64,000 nucleotides of DNA from Acidimicrobiales bacterium (GTDB lineage: Bacteria; Actinomycetota; Acidimicrobiia; Acidimicrobiales; JAUJNH01), in assembly GCA_038253125.1 (NCBI GenBank), contig JBBSHM010000003.1:956-64955 (forward strand). The letters run 5' to 3'. Each line of letters starts with the position of its first letter. The first letter of the stretch is position 1. A model generated the notes under the pieces. The model was not told where the DNA came from. It saw nothing but the letters and a program-made list of their open reading frames with translations, and searched no databases. Made by a program: the position numbers and the translations under genes. Of this stretch, positions 17,488 through 28,376 are shown piece by piece.

Positions 17488-19253
17488 GAGAGCTCGACCG
17501 TGCCCCCGCCGCCGGAGCCGGCGGGCGGTGCCGGGGGGCTGAGCAGGGCCTCACCCCGGGGCTCGTCTGTCAGGAACCTGGCGTCGAGACCGGGGGCGGT
17601 GAGGCGCAGGCCCGAGTTGGCCTCCCACAGCAGCGCCGGCCGTTCCCCGTGCCACCGCACGGCGTAGGAGAGGCGCACGCCGCCGGACAGGACAGCGTCG
17701 TCGACCCGTACCGGCTGGCCCCGCCACTCGTCTGGCAGCACCGGCAGCAAGACGGCGTGGCCGGGCTCCGGCTCGGTGACCAGCAGGTCCCTCACGAGGA
17801 GGAGGAACGCGGCGGTGGCGGCCGGGCTGTGGCCTCGGCCGTCGCTGCCGGCACCGGTCCTGGGGTGGACGTGATCGGGCCAGGCCCAGGTGGGTGCGCC
17901 GACACCGACCAGCCAGGCCAGGCGGCCCAGGGCGGCAGGGTCACCCGAGGCCACCTCGGCGGCCGCGGCCGCCATCGTGGCCACCACATCGTAGCCGGCC
18001 GGCCCCCTGGCGGCCGCGTGAGGTGTTGCCACCCGGCCCGGGCGATCGCCGATGGCCGATGCGGCAGCGGTCGTAGGCGGCGGGAGCCCTGGGCCCTCGG
18101 CTCCCCGCCCTGCCGGGCCGCTCGGGCCCGCGGATCCCCGCTCTGCCGGGCCGCTCGGGCCCGCGGATCCCCGCTCTGCCGGGCCGCTCGGGCCCTCGGC
18201 GCCTCGCGCAGGGGGTACGAAGGAATTCTCGGATGATCGGGCCGGCGCGCTGCTCCGGGCGTCGCTCGTCATCGTCGATCGACCGGTGGCAGCCAGGGCA
18301 GCCCGGATGAGCTCCGCCTCTTCGGGCGTCGCGGCATCCTCCGGTCCGATCAGGAGCAGGCTGCGACATGCGGCGTCAAAGGCGTGTTGCAGCTGGCCAT
18401 CGGGCACGTCGATGCGCACGCCGTCCCGGCCCGGGCTCTGGGCCTTCCAGCCGCGCACGGCAGCGGTCGACGACGCCCGCCCGTCCACACCTCCCGACGG
18501 GCCGCCCAGCGGAATCACCGCCCGGACGGTGGTGCGGTGGGCCACCGGGACCAGCACGGCCACCGATGCCAGGCCCTCATGGCACACCGCCGGCGCCGTC
18601 CTCGGGCCGGCGGCGCCGCTGAGCACCAGTCCCGCCACGTCGCCCGAGGCTGCGGTGGAGGCGGCCATCCGCCGGGAAGGCCCTGACAGGATCAGGGCGG
18701 TGCGCCCGTCGACCAGGACCTGCGAGCCCTCGACAGCCACCGTTGCCACGCTGGTGGCCCCGAGCGGGTCGTAGGGGCGGATGACCAGCGCCAGGGCGAA
18801 GGGCGAGGGTGAGCGGTTTTCCACCTCGATGACGAGGAAACCGGGGACGCCGAAGCAGCGGTGCACGGCGTCACCGCTTGGGACGCGAAGCACGGTCTCG
18901 ACCACCGGGGTCGAGTCGACCAGGGACTGGCGCACCGCCGGCTCGCGGCTGGGCAGGCGCCACCGGTCGTCGGCGCCCACCCACCAGTCGAGCGACCACC
19001 CGCCGAGGCGGGGGGTGACCAGGCCGGCGGGGTCGACGGCGGCGGCCGGCCCGCCGGACGGCCCCACCAGCGTCCACCGACGACCGGTGCGGTTGACCAG
19101 GCCCTCGCCGGCGAGGCGGGGGACAAAGGCGACACCGCTCTGATCCACCTGCCGCCCCAGGCCCCAGGGCAGCACCCAGCCCGCGTCCACCAGCCGGGCC
19201 GTCCGCTGCGGGCGGTCCAGGTCGCCAGGGGGGCGGCGGCCCGGCCACAGCAC
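17484..19253 (-). CDS. Hypothetical protein (C-terminal part faintly six-hairpin-glycosidase-like), carrying a 33-bp repeat block
   Basis: Long ORF 10 nt downstream of gpsA on the same strand. Its composition is unlike the antisense artefacts (for example FLVIEVENRSPSPFALALVIRPYDPLG). No confident family assignment. Confidence 0.55.
   Translation of the reverse strand: MLWPGRRPPGDLDRPQRTARLVDAGWVLPWGLGRQVDQSGVAFVPRLAGEGLVNRTGRRWTLVGPSGGPAAAVDPAGLVTPRLGGWSLDWWVGADDRWRLPSREPAVRQSLVDSTPVVETVLRVPSGDAVHRCFGVPGFLVIEVENRSPSPFALALVIRPYDPLGATSVATVAVEGSQVLVDGRTALILSGPSRRMAASTAASGDVAGLVLSGAAGPRTAPAVCHEGLASVAVLVPVAHRTTVRAVIPLGGPSGGVDGRASSTAAVRGWKAQSPGRDGVRIDVPDGQLQHAFDAACRSLLLIGPEDAATPEEAELIRAALAATGRSTMTSDARSSAPARSSENSFVPPARGAEGPSGPAERGSAGPSGPAERGSAGPSGPAGRGAEGPGLPPPTTAAASAIGDRPGRVATPHAAARGPAGYDVVATMAAAAAEVASGDPAALGRLAWLVGVGAPTWAWPDHVHPRTGAGSDGRGHSPAATAAFLLLVRDLLVTEPEPGHAVLLPVLPDEWRGQPVRVDDAVLSGGVRLSYAVRWHGERPALLWEANSGLRLTAPGLDARFLTDEPRGEALLSPPAPPAGSGGGGTVELS
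18096..18194. repeat. 33-bp tandem repeat, 3 copies (inside hypothetical ORF 17484-19253)
   Basis: ctcggctccccgccctgccgggccgctcgggcc (18096-18128), cgcggatccccgctctgccgggccgctcgggcc (18129-18161), and an identical copy at 18162-18194. Translated as GPSGPAERGSA. Confidence 0.95.
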
Positions 19254-19262
19254 GGGGCGGCC

Positions 19263-20261
19263 CTACAGCCCGTGCTGCTCTAGGCCGGTGCCCCGCGCCA
19301 GGAGGCTGCGCAGGGCGTCGGCGGCCGTCCAGCCCTCGTGGCAGACGCCGGCCACGGCCTCGGCGATGGGCAGGTCCAGACCGACCCCGCGGGCCAGGTC
19401 GACCACGGCCCGGCTGGTCTTCACGCCCTCGGCCACCATGTTCATCTCGGCGACCACCTCGGCAATGGTCTGACCGGACCCGAGTGCGGCGCCCACGGCC
19501 CGGTTGCGGCTCTGCCGGCTGGAGCACGTCGCCACCAGGTCCCCGAGGCCGGCCAGGCCGGAGAACGTGAGCGGCCGGCCGCCGAGCGCCACGCCCAGGC
19601 GGGACAGCTCGGCCAGGCCGCGGGTTATCAGGCTGGCCTTGGTGTTATCGCCGAAGCCCATCCCGTGGGCGATCCCGACGGCGATGGCCACGACGTTCTT
19701 GAGGGCGCCGGCCAGCTCGCAACCGACGACGTCGTCATTGGTGTACACCCGGAAGACCGGGGTGCAGAACACATCCATCATGCGCTCGGCCAGCCGCAGA
19801 TCGGCGAACGCCACCACCGACGCCGCCGGCTGGCCGACCGCCACCTCCCGGGCCAGGTTCGGCCCGGTCAGCAGCCCAGCCGGGCTGCTCGGCAGCACCT
19901 GTCGGACCACCTGGGTCATGCGCAGGAGCGTGCCCTGCTCCACCCCCTTGGCCAGGCTCACGACCGGCGTGCCCTCGGCGACGAAGGGCGCCGCCTCGGC
20001 CAGCACCGCCCGCATGCCGTGGCTGGGCACGGCAAGTGCGACGACGTCGGCGTGGGCCACCGCCTCCTCCAGGTCGCTCGTGGCCCGGACGTCCTCAGGC
20101 AGCAGGTAGCCGGGGAGGTAAATCGAGTTGGTGTGCTCGGCCTGCATCTCCTTGGCGATCTCGGGCCGGCGGGCCCAGAGCACGACGTCGCCCCCCTGGC
20201 GGCACAGCCCGGCGACCACCGTCCCCCAGCTGCCGGCCCCGACCACGGCCACGGTCGTCAT
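19263..20261 (-). CDS. gpsA: NAD(P)H-dependent glycerol-3-phosphate dehydrogenase
   Basis: VAVVGAGSWGTVVAGL...HTNSIYLPGYLLPEDV...GALKNVVAIAVGIAHGMGFGDNTKASLITRGLAE. Confidence 0.9.
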   Translation of the reverse strand: MTTVAVVGAGSWGTVVAGLCRQGGDVVLWARRPEIAKEMQAEHTNSIYLPGYLLPEDVRATSDLEEAVAHADVVALAVPSHGMRAVLAEAAPFVAEGTPVVSLAKGVEQGTLLRMTQVVRQVLPSSPAGLLTGPNLAREVAVGQPAASVVAFADLRLAERMMDVFCTPVFRVYTNDDVVGCELAGALKNVVAIAVGIAHGMGFGDNTKASLITRGLAELSRLGVALGGRPLTFSGLAGLGDLVATCSSRQSRNRAVGAALGSGQTIAEVVAEMNMVAEGVKTSRAVVDLARGVGLDLPIAEAVAGVCHEGWTAADALRSLLARGTGLEQHGL

Positions 20262-20344
20262 CGCGGGCGACCGTAGCCCTCGCCATCTGAACGGCTCTCC
20301 GCATCTGGCCTCCGGGCTCCGGCAGGGGACCTAGGGTCGATGCG

Positions 20345-20935
20345 GTGGAGGCCAATGCCGCGGTGCTCGTGCCGGTCAAGGCCTTCGGCGAGGCGAAGCG
20401 GCGGCTGAGCCCGGCCCTCGGCGCTGGCGAGCGTGCCGCCCTGTCGCGCCGGCTGGCAGCCGGGGTGGTGGCGGCAGCCGGGCCGCTACCGGTCGCCGTC
20501 GTCTGCTGTGACCGGGATGTGGCGGGGTGGGCCCGGGAGCTGGGGGCGCTGGTGATCTGGGAGCCGGGCCGTGGGCTCAACGGCGCCGTCGCCGCCGGCG
20601 TCGCCCACCTGGGCGCCGAGGGCTTCGCCACAGCAGTCGTGGCCCACGGCGACCTGGCTCGGCCCGCCGGGCTGGCGGATCTCCTGGGCAGCCACCCGGC
20701 TGCGGGCATCACCCTGGTGCCGGACAGCCGGGACGACGGCACGAACGTCGTCGTGGTCCCGACCACCGTCGGCTTCCGGTTCTCCTACGGCCCGGGTTCG
20801 TTCCGCCGCCACCTGGACGAGGCGGACACCGGCGACCTGGTGCTGCGCGTCGTCCGGGGGAGCGACCTCTCGCTCGATGTCGACCTCCCGTCCGACCTCC
20901 CGCTGGCGGGCTGCGCCACCTCGCCCGGCCGGTGA
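20345..20935 (+). CDS. cofC: 2-phospho-L-lactate / phosphoenolpyruvate guanylyltransferase (F420 biosynthesis)
   Basis: AVLVPVKAFGEAKRRLSPAL...RGLNGAVAAGV...VVAHGDLARP...VPDSRDDGTNVVVVP. It is divergent from gpsA, as recalled for the mycobacterial gpsA-fbiD neighbourhood. Confidence 0.8.
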   Translation: MEANAAVLVPVKAFGEAKRRLSPALGAGERAALSRRLAAGVVAAAGPLPVAVVCCDRDVAGWARELGALVIWEPGRGLNGAVAAGVAHLGAEGFATAVVAHGDLARPAGLADLLGSHPAAGITLVPDSRDDGTNVVVVPTTVGFRFSYGPGSFRRHLDEADTGDLVLRVVRGSDLSLDVDLPSDLPLAGCATSPGR

Positions 20936-21711
20936 CCGACCGCCACGCCGCCGGGGAGACGGCGGTCACAGTCGATCTGCCCACGCCCACAGTGGCCCTG
21001 GCCGTGGCCGCCCACCCCGACGACGTCGAGTTCCAGGCCGGCGCCACCCTGGCCCGGTGGGCGGCGGCAGGGTGCGAGATCCACCACCTGATCCTCACCG
21101 ACGGGTCGAAGGGCACGTGGGATCCCGACACCGACCCTGCCGCCCTGGTGCACGAGCGGGAGGCCGAGCAGCGGGCCGCCTCCCGCCGCCTGGGCGGCGC
21201 CGAAGGCGGCGTGCGCTTCCTGCGCTGGCCCGACGGCGAGCTTGAGGCCGGCCTGCGCCAGCGGGCCCAGGTGGCGGCTGTCATCCACCAGGTCAGGCCC
21301 GAGGTCGTCCTGGGCCACGACCCGTGGCGCCGATACCGGCTCCACCCCGACCACCGCAACGCCGGCTGGCTGGTCTGCGACGCCGTGGTCGCCGCTCGTG
21401 ACCCGCTGTTCTTCCCCGAGCTGGCCACGCCGCCGCATCGGCCCGCAGCCCTGCTGCTGTGGGAGGCCGACGAAGTCAACCACGTCGAGGTGGCCGACGA
21501 GGAGGCCCTGACAGCCAAGGTGGCTGCGCTCCTCGAGCACCGCAGCCAGTTCGTCACCACCCACAGGATGAGTGGCGTCGAAGCGGGCGGCTCCGTCGAC
21601 GCCGCAGAGGCGGCGGCCTTCGCGGCCCGTCAGCGGGACGGCCTGGTAGAGCGGGCGGCGGGCGTGGGCGCCCGGTTGGGTGAATCGTTTCGCCTGCTCG
21701 ACGACCTCTAG
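20932..21711 (+). CDS. PIG-L/LmbE family deacetylase
   Basis: VALAVAAHPDDVEFQAGATLARWAAAGCEIHHLILTDGSKG...VVLGHDPWRRYRLHPDHRNAG. GTG overlaps the cofC stop (GTGA at 20932-20935). The track ORF from 20527 is an over-extension. Confidence 0.8.
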   Translation: MTDRHAAGETAVTVDLPTPTVALAVAAHPDDVEFQAGATLARWAAAGCEIHHLILTDGSKGTWDPDTDPAALVHEREAEQRAASRRLGGAEGGVRFLRWPDGELEAGLRQRAQVAAVIHQVRPEVVLGHDPWRRYRLHPDHRNAGWLVCDAVVAARDPLFFPELATPPHRPAALLLWEADEVNHVEVADEEALTAKVAALLEHRSQFVTTHRMSGVEAGGSVDAAEAAAFAARQRDGLVERAAGVGARLGESFRLLDDL

Positions 21712-21758
21712 CTCGCCGAGCACCACCGGCCGGGGAGGTCGCCTCCCCGGCCCGCCAG

Positions 21759-22176
21759 CTACTTCTTGCCGACCCTCTTCGATGTCACCTTTGATGCCTT
21801 GCCGGTCGGGGTGGACGATTGGCTGGCCTCCTTTGACGGCGGGGCGTCGCTCTTGCCCGCCGCCTTGGACGCCGCCGCCTTGGCCGGCGCCTTCTTGGCG
21901 CTGTTGGCCTTGTTCTCCCCCTGCACCTTCGACGCCCCCGGCGACTGGGCCGCCTTCGACGCCGTGCTTACCTTCGCCGCCTTGTCCGCTGCTGCCTTGG
22001 CCGGGGCCTTCGCCGTCGGGCCTGCGGCGGGCTTGGCTGGCGAGGACTTCTTCGTGGCCGCCGCCGCCGTCGTGGTCTCCACGTCCGCGTTCTGGCTGCT
22101 GGCCGCCTTGGACCCGCCGGGCATCGCCTTCTTCACAGCGGCGGCGGCCTTCTTGATCGGTGACTTCTTCTCGGCC
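21759..22176 (-). CDS. Ala/Lys/Pro-rich histone H1-like basic protein
   Basis: MAEKKSPIKKAAAAVKKA...KKAPAKAAASKAAGK...SKRVGKK. The ATG at 22174-22176 lies 5 nt after the hupB stop. Confidence 0.55.
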
Positions 22177-22180
22177 ATGG

Positions 22181-22567
22181 TCAACCCTTCTTCTTCGCAG
22201 TGGACTTCTTGGCCGGAGCGGCCTTCTTGACGGGAGCCGCCTTCTTGGCAGGGGGCGCCGACTTCGACGCCGCCGACTTCCGGGCAGCCGCCTTGGCGTT
22301 CAGGGCGGTCTTGAACGCCTGGGCCGGGGCGAACCTGACGCTCTTCGAGGCGGCGATCTTGATGGCGTCGCCCGTCTGGGGGTTGCGGCCAGTGCGGGCC
22401 TTGTTGGCCTTGGGTGAGAACTTGCCGAAGCCGAACACCGACACGTCCTCGCCCTTCTTGACGGTGCTCATGATGCCGCTTACGACGGCCTCGACGGCCT
22501 CCTCGGCTTCCTTCTTGCCGCTCCCCGTGGTCGCCGCCACGTGCTCGATCAGGTCTGCCTTGTTCAC
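22181..22567 (-). CDS. hupB: HU-type DNA-binding protein with Ala/Lys-rich C-terminal tail
   Basis: VNKADLIEHVAATTGSGKKEAEEAVEAVVSGIMSTVKKGEDVSVFGFGKFSPKANKARTGRNPQTGDAIKIAASKSVRFAPAQAFK, then an AKKAAPVKKAAPAKK tail. GTG at 22565-22567 is preceded by GGAGGTGG. The track ORF (to 23209) is over-extended. Confidence 0.9.
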   Translation of the reverse strand: MNKADLIEHVAATTGSGKKEAEEAVEAVVSGIMSTVKKGEDVSVFGFGKFSPKANKARTGRNPQTGDAIKIAASKSVRFAPAQAFKTALNAKAAARKSAASKSAPPAKKAAPVKKAAPAKKSTAKKKG

Positions 22568-22658
22568 GCCACCTCCAGGTGGGTTGGGGAAGTCCCTGTC
22601 AATGAAAGGGCTTCCGGCCCTCCAGGTCAAGCATCCTCCAAGCATCCTCCGAGTAGAC

Positions 22659-23597
22659 ATGGGCCGTTTTCCGGCCCCGCAGCCGGAGAAACCCAGGATC
22701 TGCAAGGATTTCGGGGTGCAGCCGCGGCCCGACAGGTCCTGCCAGACGACGATCACCGGCGTGCCGGGGTGCGGCTTGCCCGCCGCTGACCCGGTGCCCG
22801 GCACGGACCGGCGCACCCAGCTGGACCTGTCACTGCGCCTTTCCCGGGAGGAGGAGGTGAAGCGGCTCGAGGCCGCGTCCCGCCGGCTGCTGCAGCTGCG
22901 GCTGGTGCTCGGCGGCCACCTGGCCCCCGACGGCGCCCTCACCGGCGAGCGCCGGTTCGGGCCGCCGCTGTGCATCGTGTTCGAGGGATGGGACGCCTCG
23001 GGAAAGGGGGGCGTCATCCGCCGCCTGGTCACCCCCCTCGATCCCCGGCACGTCTCGGTGGCCCAGTTCGCCGCCCCAAGCTCGCGGGAGAAGCGCCACC
23101 ACTTCCTCTGGCGCTTCTGGCCGGTCCTGCCGGGCTGGGGGGGCATGACCGTGCTCGACCGGAGCTGGTACGGCCGCGTGCTGGTCGAGCGGGTCGAGGG
23201 CTTCGCCACCGACGAGCAGTGGGGTCGGGCCTACCAGGAGATCGTCGAGTTCGAGCAAACGCTCGTGGCCGAGGGCACGATCCTGATCAAGTTCTGGCTC
23301 GAGATCTCCGACGCCGAGCAGCTGACCCGCTTCGAGCGCCGGGCCGCCGACCCGCTCAAGGCCTGGAAGCTGGGCGAGGAGGACTGGCGTAACCGCGGGA
23401 AGCGGGCCGCCTACGAGGCGGCCGTCGACGAGATGGTGGAGCGCACCGAGCACCCCGCCGCACCGTGGGTGCTGATCGAGGCGGAGTCGAAGCGCCACGC
23501 CCGGGTCTCGGTCATGGAGCGCACGATCGCCACTGTGGAGGAGGGCCTCCGGGCTCGCGGCTTCGGCGACATCGTCCCGCTGGAGGCGCCCGGCTGA
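22659..23597 (+). CDS. ppk2: Polyphosphate kinase 2
   Basis: LCIVFEGWDASGKGGVIRRLVTPLDPRHVSVAQFAAPSSREKRHHFLWRFWPVLPGWGGMTVLDRSWYGRVLVERVEGF. The first in-frame ATG after the hupB promoter region is used; the start is uncertain. Confidence 0.8.
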   Translation: MGRFPAPQPEKPRICKDFGVQPRPDRSCQTTITGVPGCGLPAADPVPGTDRRTQLDLSLRLSREEEVKRLEAASRRLLQLRLVLGGHLAPDGALTGERRFGPPLCIVFEGWDASGKGGVIRRLVTPLDPRHVSVAQFAAPSSREKRHHFLWRFWPVLPGWGGMTVLDRSWYGRVLVERVEGFATDEQWGRAYQEIVEFEQTLVAEGTILIKFWLEISDAEQLTRFERRAADPLKAWKLGEEDWRNRGKRAAYEAAVDEMVERTEHPAAPWVLIEAESKRHARVSVMERTIATVEEGLRARGFGDIVPLEAPG

Positions 23598-23644
23598 GGA
23601 AGCCGACCGTGGCTGCACGCGGCGCTGAGTAACGTCCTCACTCG

Positions 23645-25511
<1,867 letters not shown>

Positions 25512-25532
25512 GCCCGGGAAGCGTGAACTGAA

Positions 25533-27767
25533 GTGGCCGATCCCTCGCTGATGCGCAACCGGAGCCTTGCCGACCGCCTCAGGGCCCACCGGCTGCGAAC
25601 GGCGGCGGCGGCCCTGGCTATCCTGCTGTTCCTCGTGGCGGTGGTGCCGCCCCTGCGCTACGTCGCCACCATCGCTGCCTCAAAGGCGATCCTGGTGCTC
25701 ACCACCCCCTTCGCCCCGAGCGTGAAGGGCCTGAACACCGCGCCGCAGGGATCCAAGGTGGTGGCCGCCGACGGCTCGGCCCTGGGCAACTTCGACGAGG
25801 GCGAGCGCATCGCCATACGGGTCGCCGACCTGCCGCCACACGTGAAGGGAGCCGTCATCTCGGCCGAGGACGCCGAGTTCTACAGCCACAGCGGGGTGAA
25901 CCCGTCCGCCATCGTTCGGGCCACCTTGAACATGGCCACGGGCAGCAAGCAGCAGGGCGGCTCGACCATCACCCAGCAGCTGGCCAAGCTGAACTACACC
26001 TCGGGCGAGCGCACCGTCTTCCGCAAGCTGCGCGAGGTGCTGTTCGCCAGCCGCCTCGAGTCGACCTACAGCAAGGACCAGCTGCTCGAGCGCTACCTCA
26101 ACCAGGTGTACTTCGGCGACGGCAACTACGGGATCGAGACGGCGGCCCGGCGCACCTTCGGCGTGCCGGCGGCCAGGCTGACGCCCGACCAGGCCGCCAC
26201 GCTCGCCGTGCGCATCCGCAGCCCGCGCAACCTCGACCCCCGCAAGGACCCCCAGCCGGTGCTGGACCGCCGGAACCGGGTGCTGCAGGCCATGGCCAAG
26301 GCTGGGACGGTACCGAAGGACCAGCTGGCCGCCCTCGAGGCTGCTCCCCTGGCGACCATCCCGCTGCCGCCCGCGGCCCCGAAGACCGAGCGCCTGGTGG
26401 TGGACCGGGCTCGACGCGAGGCGCTGAAGCCGGGCATCCTCAGCGGCAACGACGACGAGCGGCTGGCCAAGCTGGAGGGTGGCGGTCTCACAATCGAGAC
26501 CACCCTCGACCCCAAGGGCCAGGCCGGGGCCCGCCAGGCCGCCCAGGCCGCCCTCCCCCGCCCCGAGGACCCGAGTGCCGCGGTCGTCGGCGTCCAGCCC
26601 GGCGACGGGGCCATCCGCGTGCTGGTCGGCGACTCCAAGGGCGGTCAGTTCGACGTGGCCACCGTGGGCCGGCGCCAGCCCGGCTCGTCGTTCAAGCCCT
26701 TCACCTACGCCGCCGCCCTGGAGGACCACATCCACCCGGGTACGACCTACGACTCGAAGTCCCCGCAGACCTTCACCTACCAGGGCAGCACGTTCTCGGT
26801 GCAGAACGCCGAGGAGGGGACGGGCGGGCCGATGACGCTCGACGACGCCACGGTCGACTCGGTCAACGTCGTCTACATGCAGGTGGCGCTGAAGGTGGGA
26901 CCCGACAAGGTGAAGGAGGTCGCCGTGCGCCTCGGCGAGCCCGGCGACCTTCAGGCCGTGCCGTCGCTGGCTCTGGGCGGAGAGGGCAAGGGGGTTAGCC
27001 CGCTGGACCAGGCCTCGGCCTACGCCACCTTCGCCTCGGGCGGCACCTACGCCGAGCCTTACCTGGTGACCCGCATCAAGGACCCTCAGGGCAAGGTGGT
27101 GTGGCAGCACGACAAGAAGACTCACAAGGCCATGGAACCGAAGGAGGCCGGCGTCGTCAACGCCGTGCTCCAGCGGGTGGTGACCGACGGCACCGGCCAG
27201 GCGGCGGCAATCGGGCGCCCGGTGGCCGGAAAGACCGGGACGACCAACGAGAGCAAGGACGTGTGGTTCGTCGGCTACACCCCCCAGCTGGCCACCGCGG
27301 TGTGGGTGGGTTTCGTCGACGCTCCCAGGCCCCTGACCGACTCCCGGGGCCGCCCCCTCTTCGGCGGCGGCCCGCCGGCCCGGATCTTCTCGGGCACCAT
27401 GAAGGCGGCACTGCAAGGGGTGAAGGAGACACCCCTGCCGGTCAACAAGCCCGAGGACCTGGGACTCAAGCTGGGCGGCGGCGGCGGCGGCGGGAGCAAC
27501 GGCACCAGCTCGACCTCCTCGACCCTGCCGCCGCTGAACGGCGCCTTCACCACGACGTCGGCGCCGCTTTCGGGAGCCCCGGTGGATCCCTTCCCGCTGC
27601 CGGGCCAGACCGTGCCGAGCTTTCCGGGCCAAGGTTTCCTGCCGACCACCACCAGCCGCCCCCCGAGGACCACGACGAGCCGCCCGTGCCCGACGACCAC
27701 CGTCCCGCCCAACCCGCTGCCACCTGGCGCCACCAGCACCACGGCCAGGCCGCCGCCCGGTTGCTGA
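25533..27767 (+). CDS. Class A penicillin-binding protein (glycosyltransferase GT51 plus transpeptidase)
   Basis: AVISAEDAEFYSHSGVNPSAIVRA...GGSTITQQLAKLNY...RLESTYSKDQLLERYLNQVYFG (GT51 motifs); SSFKPFTY, SVN and KTGTT (transpeptidase motifs); Pro/Thr-rich tail. Confidence 0.9.
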   Translation: MADPSLMRNRSLADRLRAHRLRTAAAALAILLFLVAVVPPLRYVATIAASKAILVLTTPFAPSVKGLNTAPQGSKVVAADGSALGNFDEGERIAIRVADLPPHVKGAVISAEDAEFYSHSGVNPSAIVRATLNMATGSKQQGGSTITQQLAKLNYTSGERTVFRKLREVLFASRLESTYSKDQLLERYLNQVYFGDGNYGIETAARRTFGVPAARLTPDQAATLAVRIRSPRNLDPRKDPQPVLDRRNRVLQAMAKAGTVPKDQLAALEAAPLATIPLPPAAPKTERLVVDRARREALKPGILSGNDDERLAKLEGGGLTIETTLDPKGQAGARQAAQAALPRPEDPSAAVVGVQPGDGAIRVLVGDSKGGQFDVATVGRRQPGSSFKPFTYAAALEDHIHPGTTYDSKSPQTFTYQGSTFSVQNAEEGTGGPMTLDDATVDSVNVVYMQVALKVGPDKVKEVAVRLGEPGDLQAVPSLALGGEGKGVSPLDQASAYATFASGGTYAEPYLVTRIKDPQGKVVWQHDKKTHKAMEPKEAGVVNAVLQRVVTDGTGQAAAIGRPVAGKTGTTNESKDVWFVGYTPQLATAVWVGFVDAPRPLTDSRGRPLFGGGPPARIFSGTMKAALQGVKETPLPVNKPEDLGLKLGGGGGGGSNGTSSTSSTLPPLNGAFTTTSAPLSGAPVDPFPLPGQTVPSFPGQGFLPTTTSRPPRTTTSRPCPTTTVPPNPLPPGATSTTARPPPGC

Positions 27768-27789
27768 GCGCGCCGCCATCTGGCTCACG

Positions 27790-28287
27790 TCAGGCGGCAG
27801 GCGCCACGAGGAGAACGCCGCCCTCCCCAAGGTCCACCTCGAGACGGCTCAGGTGGCCGGCCCCGTCGATCCAAGCCTGAGCCGGCGGGCTGCCATCGAG
27901 CCGGAGATGGCGACCCTCCCAGCGGACGGAACGGTTCACGAGAGGCCCGAGGAGGACATCGGGGTCGGGCGCCGCCACCTCGACGGTGGTGCCGAGAACC
28001 TGGAGCCAGCGGCCCGCCTGCACCCCCGTCAGCCCGGCGGCGGCGACCTCCGCTCGATCCCCGTCAATCCGAGCCCGAGCCACCTCCTGACCACCGGACA
28101 CCAGGGTGACCAGGAGCGGCTCGGCCAGCGCCAGCTCACGAGCCCGCCGGGCCGCCACCACCGGATCGGCAGCCATGGCGGCAACCGGCAGCGCCGCCCG
28201 GCGCTCACCGTGACGGACGGTGACCACGCTCACCCCGAGGACCACCACAATCGTCAGGCCGATCAGCGCGCTCCGGCGCACAACCAC
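27790..28287 (-). CDS. Hypothetical membrane-anchored protein
   Basis: A GTG around 28287 gives VVRRSALIGLTIVVVLGVSVV (N-terminal TM). The track ORF start at 28446 would overlap the lon 3' end. No family recognised. Confidence 0.35.
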   Translation of the reverse strand: MVVRRSALIGLTIVVVLGVSVVTVRHGERRAALPVAAMAADPVVAARRARELALAEPLLVTLVSGGQEVARARIDGDRAEVAAAGLTGVQAGRWLQVLGTTVEVAAPDPDVLLGPLVNRSVRWEGRHLRLDGSPPAQAWIDGAGHLSRLEVDLGEGGVLLVAPAA

Positions 28288-28376
28288 CTCCAAGAGGTCG
28301 GAGGGCGGAGGCGCCAAGCGGCAAAGCCGTGGCGTCAGCCTACCGTCACCATCTCGAAGCGAGCTGATCCTGGCTC

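Noticed and set aside
25680-27830. 716-aa minus-strand ORF
   Set aside because: It is antisense to the class A PBP, which has all GT51 and transpeptidase motifs.
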